Assembly: GCA_963745835.1 (NCBI GenBank)
Contig: CAVUZH010000003.1
Coordinates: forward strand, 288,001-352,000
Source of the DNA: an uncultured delta proteobacterium
Lineage (GTDB): Bacteria; Desulfobacterota; Binatia; UBA9968
Direction: 5' to 3'
Length of the DNA stretch: 64,000 nt
Below are positions 9,689-19,878 of this stretch, one piece after another. The stretch's first letter is position 1, and every line of letters starts with the position of its first letter. A program made the translations under genes and the position numbers. The notes under the pieces are model-generated. The model had not been told where the DNA came from. It saw only the letters and a program-made list of their open reading frames with translations, and ran no database searches.

Positions 9689-10848
9689 TAGTGTGGTGTC
9701 TCATTAATTCATTAAATAAATATCTAGCATCGGACGTCTATGAGATGAGGGGGAATAACAATGGGTACTGGACGTCCGATCCCTACTTTGATTCTCAATC
9801 AAGAGGAACGCGAAACGTTGGAACGCTGGGCACGACGACCCAAGACAGCACAAGCCTTGGCGCAACGAGCACGCATTATCCTGGGGTGTTCGAGCGGCAA
9901 AACCAACTCGCGTGTAGCTGAGCAGATGCACATTACCAAGCAATGCGTGGGAAAATGGCGCAGTCGGTTTTTGGCCAAGCGCCTCGATGGTTTGCTCGAT
10001 GAAGCGCGCCCTGGTGCTCCGCGTACAATTACCGATGCTAAGGTAGAGCATGTGCTTACGCTGACATTGGAATCCACTCCCCGGCAAGCCACGCACTGGA
10101 GTATTCGCTCGATGGCTAGCCGCAGTGGGTTGAGTCGTAGCGCCATTCACCGCATCTGGCGTGCCTTTGCTCTGCAACCTCATCGTAGTGAGACCTTTAA
10201 GCTGTCCACCGATCCTCTATTTATCGAGAAGGTCCGTGATATTGTCGGGCTCTATCTCAATCCCCCCGAGCGCGCTCTAGTCCTCTGTGTCGATGAGAAG
10301 AGTCAAATCCAAGCTCTAGATCGTACTCAACCTTTGCTACCGATGCGACCGGGCCAAGTCGCGCGGCGCACTCCAAGTTATCTCAGACACGGCACGACCT
10401 CATTATTCGCCGCTCTAGACACCAAAACCGGCAAAATCATTAGCCAACTGCATCGCAGGCACCGAGCGGTAGAGTTTCGTAAATTCCTTGACGCCATTGA
10501 TACCAACGTTCCCAGTACGCTTCAGGTTCATCTTATTCTGGACAACTATGGGACTCATAAAACCTCTCTGATTCATCGCTGGCTTGCCAAACGGCCCCGC
10601 TTTCATTTGCACTTCACTCCCACCAGTGCCTCGTGGCTCAATCTAGTGGAACGGTGGTTTGGTTTGCTCACCGAAAGGCAGATCAAACGAGCGGCTCATC
10701 GCAGCACGCTGGAATTGGAAAAGGCCATCAAACAGTATGTCGAATTCACTAACGACAATCCCAAGCCCTTTATATGGACCAAAACCGCTGATCAAATCCT
10801 CGCCAGTGTCGCTCGATTTTGTCAGCGAATTTCTGAGACAGGACACTA
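9689..10848 (+). mobile_element. IS630-family insertion sequence, apparently intact
   Basis: TIRs TAGTGTggTGTCTCAttAATTC (9689) and, as reverse complement, TAGTGTccTGTCTCAgaAATTC (ending 10848); duplicated TA within a CTAG target. Confidence 0.93.
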
Positions 10849-10849
10849 G
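9761..10849 (+). CDS. IS630-family transposase
   Basis: HTH N-terminus; DDE motifs '[10 protein letters not shown]', 'ILDNYGTHK', '[10 protein letters not shown]'; the stop codon lies in the right TIR. Confidence 0.95.
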   Translation: MGTGRPIPTLILNQEERETLERWARRPKTAQALAQRARIILGCSSGKTNSRVAEQMHITKQCVGKWRSRFLAKRLDGLLDEARPGAPRTITDAKVEHVLTLTLESTPRQATHWSIRSMASRSGLSRSAIHRIWRAFALQPHRSETFKLSTDPLFIEKVRDIVGLYLNPPERALVLCVDEKSQIQALDRTQPLLPMRPGQVARRTPSYLRHGTTSLFAALDTKTGKIISQLHRRHRAVEFRKFLDAIDTNVPSTLQVHLILDNYGTHKTSLIHRWLAKRPRFHLHFTPTSASWLNLVERWFGLLTERQIKRAAHRSTLELEKAIKQYVEFTNDNPKPFIWTKTADQILASVARFCQRISETGH

Positions 10850-11125
10850 CAGGTTTCTGAAAAACCCGTTACTTGGAACATTTTCCACGGTGCGAACTCC
10901 GGTGAAGGTGATCTGATGTAAATCGGATTTTGCAAGGTTTTGATTTGCGCAACGCAGCATAGGCAACAAAGCAAGCCGGGATTGATCTCTATCGAGGCAC
11001 GAATTCCAAGTGATCATCTCTTGCGGCGGGTTAAGAAGATAGCCCGATCAAGAGCTTGCAGGATTGTCGCGAGGGTGTTTGATCGGATGTATCCCTCTCG
11101 GGCGACGATCGGTGTATATGTTTGA
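10849..11125 (+). pseudogene. Left end and N-terminal remnant of an IS5/IS1182-type (DUF772-like) transposase
   Basis: End GCAGGTTTCTGAAAAACCC; 'ISIEARIPSDHLLRRVKKI' then, across frameshifts, 'ADQELAGLS..VFDRMY..GRRS'. Confidence 0.7.
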
Positions 11126-11179
11126 CTGCATGCAACAAGGTAGGATATTCCATGGAAGCTCATCAACGGAGGCTAGGCA

Positions 11180-12232
11180 ATGAGTCCGAAGAAACTGTTG
11201 CGACTGTCAGTGGTCGCAATACTATTTTTGATCACCCCGGCAGCTGCGGCGACCATCTCAGAAATCGCGCAGTATAAGGGAGCGGATAGGCAGGAAAAGC
11301 TGGAACGAGGCGCGCGAGAAGAAAAAGAGTTAAATTTTTATACTTCGATCAACACGAATACCTCAATGCCGATACTTCAGGCCTTTGAGAAACGATACCC
11401 TTTCATCAAAACTAAACTGACGAGGATGGATTCTGAAAGGGTCGTCAATCGTTTTACAACAGAGTACGCAGCCAAGCGAGCGGTCGCTGACGTTATTGAC
11501 GTCGGCAATTTTGAGCTCGAGTACTTGCGTCGAAAGGGAATGCTGCAGGGCTTTTATACACCTGTTGCAGCTAATTTCGATAAGCGTTTGGTACAACCGG
11601 ACGGCTTCTGGGTTGCCACTCGATATTCCTTTATTGTTCTCGGGTACAACACTAATCTGGTGAAAGCCCAAGTCGCCCCCAAAACATACGACGATCTGCT
11701 TGATCCTGTTTGGAATGAGAAGATAACCATCGAACGGAACTATGTCGATTGGTTTATGACCTTAATGAAACATTGGGGCCCAGAGAAGGGAGGAAACTTT
11801 TTTCGACGATTGGGTAAGAATGGGATTAAGCTACGTGAAGGACAAACTTTGATTGGTCAAGTTCTTGGTTCCGGGGATGATACGCTTGCAACTACTTCGA
11901 ACAATACCCTTGAGCCATTGCAACGCAAAGGCGCTCCCGTCGACTGGGTTAATCTTGAACCAGTTGTTGGTAAAACACCTTCTTCCGGTTTATCAAGAAA
12001 CGCGCCGAATCCGCACACGGCCATGCTCTTTCTCGATTTCATTCTGAGTAAAGACGGAGGGCAAAAAGTTATTCAGGCACTGAACAATACACCGACACAT
12101 CCGGAAGTGCCCCCTGATCCGCCGCGGCTTAGAGACGGCTTTCGTTCAATCATAGTGGATCCGGTCAAGTACATTGACGAGGTCGACACTTATCAAAAGC
12201 TTTGGATGGATTGGGTAGTCAACGCGCGATAA
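11180..12232 (+). CDS. Extracellular solute-binding protein (AfuA/family-1-like)
   Basis: Signal peptide; 'GYNTNLV', 'PKTYDDLLDP', 'APNPHTAMLFLDFILS'. Confidence 0.85.
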   Translation: MSPKKLLRLSVVAILFLITPAAAATISEIAQYKGADRQEKLERGAREEKELNFYTSINTNTSMPILQAFEKRYPFIKTKLTRMDSERVVNRFTTEYAAKRAVADVIDVGNFELEYLRRKGMLQGFYTPVAANFDKRLVQPDGFWVATRYSFIVLGYNTNLVKAQVAPKTYDDLLDPVWNEKITIERNYVDWFMTLMKHWGPEKGGNFFRRLGKNGIKLREGQTLIGQVLGSGDDTLATTSNNTLEPLQRKGAPVDWVNLEPVVGKTPSSGLSRNAPNPHTAMLFLDFILSKDGGQKVIQALNNTPTHPEVPPDPPRLRDGFRSIIVDPVKYIDEVDTYQKLWMDWVVNAR

Positions 12233-12247
12233 AGGAGGGATCCGGGC

Positions 12248-13213
12248 ATGAGTGTTCTAGTTTTTGGAGGGGCCGGTTTCTTAGGTTCCTATCTCGTTCG
12301 GAAATTAATGGACGAAGGGTACGAGGCGATAGCGTTAGATGTGGCTATGCCTGACCCGCCGATGCCGCCGCTGCGTGATGTTAAAGAGAAACTAAAATTC
12401 GAATATTGCCGAGGGGAATATTATACGGAAGTATTCAACGCAGTGAGGAAATATAAGGCAGATTTTCTAGTCAACCTTATCACTTCGTACTCACCTGAAG
12501 ATTTAGAACTAAATCCTTTGAGAGCTATTAGGGTTAATCTAGAGACCCAGGTCAATGTCCTGGAAGCTGCGAGAACGTTCGGTGTCAAACGGGTTGTTTT
12601 TATTAGTACCGGTCATGTCTATGGTGGCGGACGGAAGGACGTAGTCGACGAAGAAAGCTTGTTACGTCCCGACACGTTGTACGGAGCCTGTAAGACTATG
12701 AACGAGTATTTAGCGCAGCATTATCACGAGCTTTATGGAATCGACTACATCGCATTGCGCATTAGTCTGCTCTACGGATGGGGACGCCGACAACGAAATA
12801 CCAACAAAGACACTTGGATCGTTGACCTGTTCGAAAATGCCGTCAGCGGTCGCCCCACCCGGATACCGTATGCATCGCAAAAAGGTTCGGTGGTTTACGT
12901 GAAGGACGTGGTTTCCGCTGTGCTTGCCTCATTAAGAGCCGAGAATCTCAAACATCGAATTTTCGATGTCGTAAGCGAACCGCGCAGTAAAGTTAACGCA
13001 ATAGACATTGTTAAAAAATTGATTCCAAACACCGTGGTCGAAGTAGATTTGGACGGTGCTTTCGGAATAAAACGAAAAAAAGAGGATCGGACAGCGAGAG
13101 CTTGGGAAGACAAAAGGATTACACGAGAGATAGGATTCAAACCAGGGTATTCATTTGAGGACGGAATCAAAGACTACATTGAAATGTTCAAGGCGGACAA
13201 ATATTGGTGGTAA
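12248..13213 (+). CDS. NAD-dependent epimerase/dehydratase (extended SDR)
   Basis: 'GGAGFLG' and YxxxK 'YGACK'. Confidence 0.9.
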   Translation: MSVLVFGGAGFLGSYLVRKLMDEGYEAIALDVAMPDPPMPPLRDVKEKLKFEYCRGEYYTEVFNAVRKYKADFLVNLITSYSPEDLELNPLRAIRVNLETQVNVLEAARTFGVKRVVFISTGHVYGGGRKDVVDEESLLRPDTLYGACKTMNEYLAQHYHELYGIDYIALRISLLYGWGRRQRNTNKDTWIVDLFENAVSGRPTRIPYASQKGSVVYVKDVVSAVLASLRAENLKHRIFDVVSEPRSKVNAIDIVKKLIPNTVVEVDLDGAFGIKRKKEDRTARAWEDKRITREIGFKPGYSFEDGIKDYIEMFKADKYWW

Positions 13214-13230
13214 CCACAAGGAGGTTTTGA

Positions 13231-13617
13231 ATGTCTAAAATCCGACATATTGCTTATCGAGCGAATGACGTTGAGGGAATGGCCAATTTTTTCACAAACG
13301 GGCTTTCAATGACAATCGTGCAGAGGCGAAAGAACGGCGCTATAGATCTTTCCGACGGCACAATCAACATAACACTTCTGCCTTTATCCGGACGGCGAAC
13401 CGATGGTGGCCCCCAAAGGCAAGGAATAGATCATATCGGTTTTATGGTGGAGAACGAGGAAGAAACTGCTCGCAGGCTAGAAGCGGCGGGGGCCGAAAAG
13501 CTCGATCCCGCGGGTTACAGTCAAACAGCAAACTATGAGACCAAGTTTCGTGGTCCGGAGGGTATTGGAATAGATCTCGGCCATTGGATTGGCGCAGCTC
13601 AATTGGATAAGGATTGA
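13231..13617 (+). CDS. VOC/glyoxalase-family protein
   Basis: 'IRHIAY', 'GIDHIGF', 'KFRGPEG'. Confidence 0.85.
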   Translation: MSKIRHIAYRANDVEGMANFFTNGLSMTIVQRRKNGAIDLSDGTINITLLPLSGRRTDGGPQRQGIDHIGFMVENEEETARRLEAAGAEKLDPAGYSQTANYETKFRGPEGIGIDLGHWIGAAQLDKD

Positions 13618-13649
13618 CGGTTTCCAATACAAATCCTCGAGGTATTAAT

Positions 13650-14753
13650 ATGGCACCTGCACAGTCGCTCACCGCTGTTGTTACCGACATACGCAAGATT
13701 GAAATGCGTCAATTCGAAGTTCCAGAACCTACACGGAACGATGCGGTGTTGAAGGTCGAGCTTTGTGGCATTTGCGGCAGTGATTATGACTATTACGTCC
13801 ACGGAGAACACTGGCCGTACCGAAAACCTCCACAGATTCTCGGGCATGAAGTTGTTGGAAGGATAAGTGCGATAGGTAGTGAGGCTTCAAAGAGCTGGAG
13901 CGTTAAGGAAGGGGATCTGGTTGCAGTCGAGGCGTCAATCTCGTGCCAGCGTTGCCGATATTGCACAACCGGCAACTCAGCTTTGTGCGGCAATAAGCGC
14001 AGTTATGGAATGAGTACAAATATGGACGAACCTCCCTATCTATGGGGTGGCTATTCACAATTCATGTATCTTCATCCTCGCGCCAACTTGCATCTCGTAC
14101 CGGCCGGCGTATCACCTCACGTCGCCGTACTATTTACCTCTCTCGCGAACGGAGTGAAATGGGCGCAAAGGGCTCCTGGTCTTCGGATGGGCGAGTCAAT
14201 TGTTATCTTAGGTCCCGGCCAGCAGGGATTGGCAGGAGTCCTCGCAGCTCATACCACAGGAGCCAGTCCGATCGTCGTCGTGGGGCTGAGAAAAGACGCC
14301 AAGCGCTTGGAGATCGCAAAACTATTCGGCGCTACTCATACCATCTGCTTTGAAGACGGCCCGCTTGACGAACAGGTAAAGAAAATTTTGGGGCCTGAGA
14401 TGGCCGACGTTGTAGTCGACGCCAGCGGTAGTGTTGCCGCGCAAGAGATAGCCGTGGATCTGGTCAGGCGAGGGGGGAAAGTAGTGTTAGGCGGTCGAAC
14501 CCCTAACAAAGTCATTCCATTCGTCCTGGATAAGCTCTCAAGCAGAGGTATCACAATGATCGGAGTTCGTGCCCATGAGCCTCAGGATGTAGGGACAGCG
14601 CTCGCCCTTATTTCTGCGCGCGGTGACGTTCTCGAGAAAAGCGGCGGAGTCGAGGTGGCACTAAACAAAGCCGATCTGGCCCTGCGACTCATCGGCCAGG
14701 AGGTGCCCGGCCAAGAAACTCTTCATGTCGCTCTGAACCCCTGGAGTGATTAG
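13650..14753 (+). CDS. Zinc-dependent alcohol dehydrogenase (MDR family)
   Basis: 'GICGSD', 'GHE', structural zinc 'CQRCRYC...C', 'GPGQQG'. Confidence 0.92.
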   Translation: MAPAQSLTAVVTDIRKIEMRQFEVPEPTRNDAVLKVELCGICGSDYDYYVHGEHWPYRKPPQILGHEVVGRISAIGSEASKSWSVKEGDLVAVEASISCQRCRYCTTGNSALCGNKRSYGMSTNMDEPPYLWGGYSQFMYLHPRANLHLVPAGVSPHVAVLFTSLANGVKWAQRAPGLRMGESIVILGPGQQGLAGVLAAHTTGASPIVVVGLRKDAKRLEIAKLFGATHTICFEDGPLDEQVKKILGPEMADVVVDASGSVAAQEIAVDLVRRGGKVVLGGRTPNKVIPFVLDKLSSRGITMIGVRAHEPQDVGTALALISARGDVLEKSGGVEVALNKADLALRLIGQEVPGQETLHVALNPWSD

Positions 14754-14761
14754 ATCGATTT

Positions 14762-15793
14762 ATGCGAATGCCACCATTGATTCCCGTTAAATTTATTGGC
14801 TCAAAGCAGAGGCTATCCTGGATGCGGAAGCTCGCCGCGGTGAGCCTATCTTTTTACCTCGGAACGTTTTCGACAGCGCATGCCGCGGAGAAATTGCGAA
14901 TCGGCTACGCCTCGCCTTCGGTTAACGTTTCAATGTTATGGATTACTCAAGAGGCAAAACTCTTTGCAAAGAACGGGTTGGAAGTTGAAGTTTTGTTTCT
15001 TGAGAGTGCTCTCGTGCAACGATCGATGATCAGCAGCGAAATTCAACTTGCCATGATGACAGGCGGGTTGATGGCGGCTCCGAAACTTGCAGGCGCTGAT
15101 TTGTCGATGATCGCCGGCTTCGTTAACCGCTACGTCTCGAGAGTGATGGTCCGACCAGAGATCGCAAAACCGGCAGACCTCAAGGGGAAGCGGGCTGGAA
15201 TCGTCCGACTCGGCGCGGCGGCGGATCGGGGTTTGCGTCTGGTGTTATCTAGGTGGGGATATCAACCCGGATAAAGATCTCACTACCAATCACGTACTCG
15301 GCGGAACCGTACGTAACGCGGCCCTTTCAGCCAATTCGATCGAAGTGAGCCTGATTAATCCTCCGTTTCATAAGAAGGGGATTGAAGCAGGACTGAGAGT
15401 TTTGGCGAACATGGAAGACATGGACATTCCGATTCAACATATTGGTTTAGTGACTACCCAGCGATTGATAAGCAAGAGCCCGGATGTTGTTCGGCGGACG
15501 GTGAAGTCCTATGTCGAGGGAATTCAGGTAATGAGAACCAACCCCAAGCTCGCCAAGGCGGCGCTAAGCAAGTACATGCGAATAACCGATGAAGGCGAAT
15601 TGGAAGAGACGTATCAGCTATTGAAAAAGCTCGTGCCTGTATAGGCCGTATCGATGAAGAATTTCGAGTGGTGTTAGACGAGCTGAGTGAAAAAATCCCG
15701 ACCGCAAAAACAGCGAATCCAAAAGATTTTACAGACACTAGATTTCTGGATGAGTTGGATCGATCCGGGTACTTCGATCAAGTGTCCAAATAG
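14762..15793 (+). pseudogene. Degenerate NMT1/SsuA-like substrate-binding protein (paralog of the next gene)
   Basis: Pieces 14762-15274, 15345-15644 and ~15650-15793 are collinear with the 15825-16831 protein; several frameshifts plus TAG at 15642. Confidence 0.75.
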
Positions 15794-15824
15794 TCCTCAG
15801 CAGTGCTTCTGAACCAACTAAGCA

Positions 15825-16831
15825 TGTCATACGAGAACTGCATCAAGAAAATTATGACGTTGATGGCAATATTGTTAGTGTCCTTAATCGTAAAGATTTC
15901 AACGGTCGACGCGGCGGATAAGGTGAAGTTTGCCTATGCTGCACCATCGATCAACGTTTCCATGCTCTGGATCACCAAGGAAGCGAAGCTCTTTGATAAA
16001 AATGGCGTAGACGCAGAAATACTGTTCCTCGACCCCTCATTGGTGCAGAAGGCAATGATAACCGGTGAGATACAACTTGCGATGATGACAGGTGGATTAA
16101 TGGCTCCGCCTAAGCTAGCAGGCATGGATCTGGTTATGCTCGCCGGCTTCGTTAATAAGTATGTCTTTAGATTAGTTGTTCGTCCAGAAATCAATTCAGC
16201 CAATGATTTGAAGGGAAAGCGCGCTGGAATTTCCCCAATAGGTTCCGCGGCCGATCGAGGGCTTCGACTGCTTTTGACAAAGTGGGGACTGAATCCAGAG
16301 AAGGACATGGTTTTTTTTCAAATGTCCGGAGGCGGTGAGCCTGCACGAATTGCGAGTTTAATCGCGAATTCGATCGACGTGACGCTCATTAACCCGCCAT
16401 CAGATAAGAAGGCAGTGGAAGAAGGAATGAAGGTGCTAGCTAATATGGAAGATATGGACATCCATCTCCAACATATTGGCCTGGTGACCTCTCAGCGGTG
16501 GCAGACAAAGAATGTCGATGCAACTCGCCGAATTGTAAAGTCGTTTGTGGAAGGTATTTATGTTATGCGTACAAATCCGAAGCTCGCAAAAATGGCACTC
16601 GGTAAGTATATGAAGATCACGAATGATGGAGAGTTGGAAGAGATGTATCAGCTGCTGCGTAAACTCATTGCTGTAAAACCTTATCCAACGAACGAAGGAT
16701 TCAGAGCTGTCTTGGACGAGCTCAGCGAAAAAATTCCTCAAGCAAGGGCCGCGAATCCCAAAGATTTTACAGACATCAGATTTTTAGAAGAATTAGACAA
16801 GTCTGGCTACATCGATCAACTTTATAGATGA
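15825..16831 (+). CDS. ABC substrate-binding protein, NMT1/SsuA-like
   Basis: 'LWITKEAKLFDKNG', 'LKGKRAG', 'FTDIRFLEELDKSGYIDQLY'; start codon uncertain. Confidence 0.88.
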
Positions 16832-17177
16832 AATCGCCGACGATCGATCTTTACTCCTGTTGTTTGCCGGTCGTTAGCAGTCTGTCTGATTTACTCCTTA
16901 CGCAACGGGCTTACCAAGGCCGCTGCCTGCGATCCCTTAATATCAAAGCATCGATGAAGTTGTTGGGGTTGAAGCCTCTGCTTGTCGGACTCGTATTCGG
17001 AATCGGGCCCAGTAATTACCGACACTTCGCGCCTTTTTTGAGAAAACTCTGTTCTTATAGTTCAAAATCGGTGGGAATAGACGCTCGGAATAGAATAGGA
17101 TCGGTGACGCCAATGCGAACCAGAGTTAAAGCCCAGAGTGATTTAGAAACGTAGATTCAACTCCGCAGGAATTCAGC

Positions 17178-18186
17178 GTGCAGAAACCATCATTCAACTC
17201 CTGGTACCTAGCGCTTAGCTCTGCCTTCTTCTTGTCTGTATTCGCCGGCCACAGCGGCGCGCAGATCAAATCCGAAAAGCTTCACGTAGGCTATAGCGCC
17301 CAGGCAGGTTCTCTGGCGCCAATATGGATTACCAAGGAAGCGGGCATTTTTAAAAAGCATGGTCTGGATGTTGAACTGCTCTTCATCCCCGGTGGCCCTA
17401 CCGCTGCAGCGGCGCTGATGTCGGGCGAGGTGCCGATTACAGTCGTCGGCGGGCCGGCAGTGGTTAGCAGTAATCTCGCTGGATCCGATCTGGTCATGAT
17501 CGCCGGCATCGTGAACACCTTCGCTTTTCAGATCATTTCCGTCAAAACGATTACCTCGTATCAGCAGCTAAAAGGTAAGCGCCTTGGCGTGAACCGCTTT
17601 GGCGCTTCGCCGGACGTCGCTGCGCGCTTTGCTTTGAAGCACATGGGCATCGATTTGAGGGACATAACCATCCTGCAGTTGGGCGAGCAATCGACCAGGC
17701 TCACGGCGATGATGGCTGGACAACTGGAAGCGGCGGTCTTTTTGCCGCCGATCACGACCATGGCGCAGAAGCAGGGCATGAACGTGCTCCTGGATCTGGC
17801 GGAATTAGGAGCGGAGTTCCAGATTACCGGATTGGGCAGCAGCCAGAGATTTCTAACGCAACAAAGGCCCACGGCTATCAAATTTATGCGGGCTTTCGTG
17901 GAGGGAATTCATTACTTCAAGACGCACAAGCCCGAAAGCATGAAAACGATTGCCAAGTACATGAAGGTCAGTGACATGGAAGCAGTCAGCGCAACCTACG
18001 ATTATTTCGCTCCCAAGAGTTGTGCCGCAGAAACCTTACCCATCTCTCAAAGGAATCAAAGCACTTATCGATCTCGCTGCCGTGGAGAAACCTGAGCTGA
18101 GGAATGTTTCTCCCGACCGTTTTGTGAACACAACGATTTTAAAAGAAGTGGACGACAGCGGATTCATCGATCGTTTGTATCGGTAA
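17178..18186 (+). CDS. ABC substrate-binding protein, NMT1/SsuA-like (frameshift near 18015)
   Basis: ORF 17178-18095 joins ORF 17971-18186 ('PYPSLKG..DSGFIDRLYR'). Confidence 0.85.
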
Positions 18187-18276
18187 TCCCTCGGGATTTC
18201 ACCGCAAGTTCCCTCTAAACGTCGAAACTACCGGATTTGACGTATCTAATAGAATACAACCTGAACTGGAGGAGAG

Positions 18277-19385
18277 ATGCTCGACTTTATTAATCCATCG
18301 CATCCGTCTGAATTTGCAGTTCTAAGATTAGTCGCCGAAGCACAGGAGAGAGGCGGCGATGTTTTCGATATCGGCCGCCTGTGCAAAACGCTCGAGCCCG
18401 GCGACATGGTCGGCTGGGAAAAGAGCTGGCTCGGACTAGCCGAGGCGACCGAAGCCAAGGCCAAGCGGGAGCTCGCCTTAGGCCACAAGCGCACGGCCAT
18501 GCAGTTTTTTTTCCATGCCAATCAATACTATCGGATGTCGGATGTGTTCCTAGCCGGAGATCAGCTGGAACGCAGGAAGGCGCGCTTTCTGAAATGCCAG
18601 GAAAATTTCCAGGCTGCGGCAAGACTGCATTCGCCCAAAATCGAGACGATCACAATTCCCTGCGGTTCGGAGGAATACGAAGGTTACCTCGCCCATCCAG
18701 TCAATCCAGCTCCGGGGAAATGGCCGGTGGTGTTTTTAATCGGCGGCGCCGATGCTTTCTCGGAGGAGCTGTACTTCGACGGTAGACCGGCGACCGAGCG
18801 CGGCTGGGCGCTGGTGCTCGTCGACACTCCGGGCCGTGGCTCGTCGATCTATGTAAAAGGAATTCCCTCACGACCCGACTATGAAGTTCCGATCAAGGCT
18901 TGCATCGACTACTGGTTGCGCGGCCTGAGTTGGACCCGCATAGAATCGCCGTGATCGGCATCAGCATGGCGGGGTACTATGCGCCGCGCGCGGTCGCATT
19001 CGAGCCGCGTGTGAAAGCCTACATCGGCTGGTCCGGCTGCTACAGCGTGTTGGACGATCTGTACGAATTCTGCCCCAATCTAAGACCCACTGTGCGGCGT
19101 CTGCTGGGCGGCTTAACCGACGAGCAGGCGCGCGAGCAACTGAAGGCTTTTACTATGGAGGGTATTGCGCAGAATATAAAATGTCCGACCTTGATCACTC
19201 ATGGTGGAAACGACATCCGCATGAGCCCCGAAGGCGCCAGACGACTCTTTAACGAGATCGGCGCCACAGACAAGACTCTGACGATTTACGACGATCCCAA
19301 AGCCGGCGGGACCATTCACTGCAGCCACGATTATTGGGCGCACCACGTACCCTACATGCTCGACTGGTTGGAGGAGCGTCTGTAA
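18277..19385 (+). CDS. Alpha/beta hydrolase, FrsA/2,6-dihydroxypseudooxynicotine hydrolase-like (frameshift near 18914)
   Basis: 'GGADAFSEE', 'DTPGRG', nucleophile 'GISMAGYYAPR', terminal 'HCSHD'. Confidence 0.82.
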
Positions 19386-19527
19386 AAATTCTGCTTGGTT
19401 TAGCCGCCCCTCCTGTTATTTCCCGGCCGATCATTTCCGGCGGGGCTAACGCCAGTGCGCCTTCGCGATGGAGCAACGTGGAACTATAAGGATATTTTTT
19501 ACGCGTCGTTAGCGGCGTTTTACATCC

Positions 19528-19866
19528 TTACTTCCGAGTGGATCCAGGAGAAAAGTATTCGGCGCGACTGACGGCGACGTCTGAGACGAACATCACTCCG
19601 GTGTAGCGGTCGAACAGAGGTTTCAAGCCGGCCAAAATCGGCTCGACTTTCTCAGGCGCGACGACTGACATTAACATGACGATGCTGTCTATCTCGTTGA
19701 ACATCGGATGGGCCGTGTGAAAACCGTGATGCCCTTTTCCGGAAATGTTGTGGATGATGGTATAGCCGGTGGCCTTGTTGTCGAGCAAGTCGGTTGCGAA
19801 TTTCAAGTGCTCTCCCTGGATGACAATCCTGATTTCCTTCATCGGATGAAGCGTGAGATTGCTCAT
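19528..19866 (-). CDS. PII-like (SbtB-type) signal protein of the DAB operon
   Basis: 112 aa with PII-fold pattern 'TGYTII..SGKG..G' and 'GVMFVSDV'; directly downstream of dabA. Confidence 0.8.
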   Translation of the reverse strand: MSNLTLHPMKEIRIVIQGEHLKFATDLLDNKATGYTIIHNISGKGHHGFHTAHPMFNEIDSIVMLMSVVAPEKVEPILAGLKPLFDRYTGVMFVSDVAVSRAEYFSPGSTRK

Positions 19867-19878
19867 GCTGATCTCCTT

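Noticed and set aside
16828-17154. 108-aa ORF after the tandem binding proteins
   Set aside because: No recognisable family or composition; probably spacer or debris.
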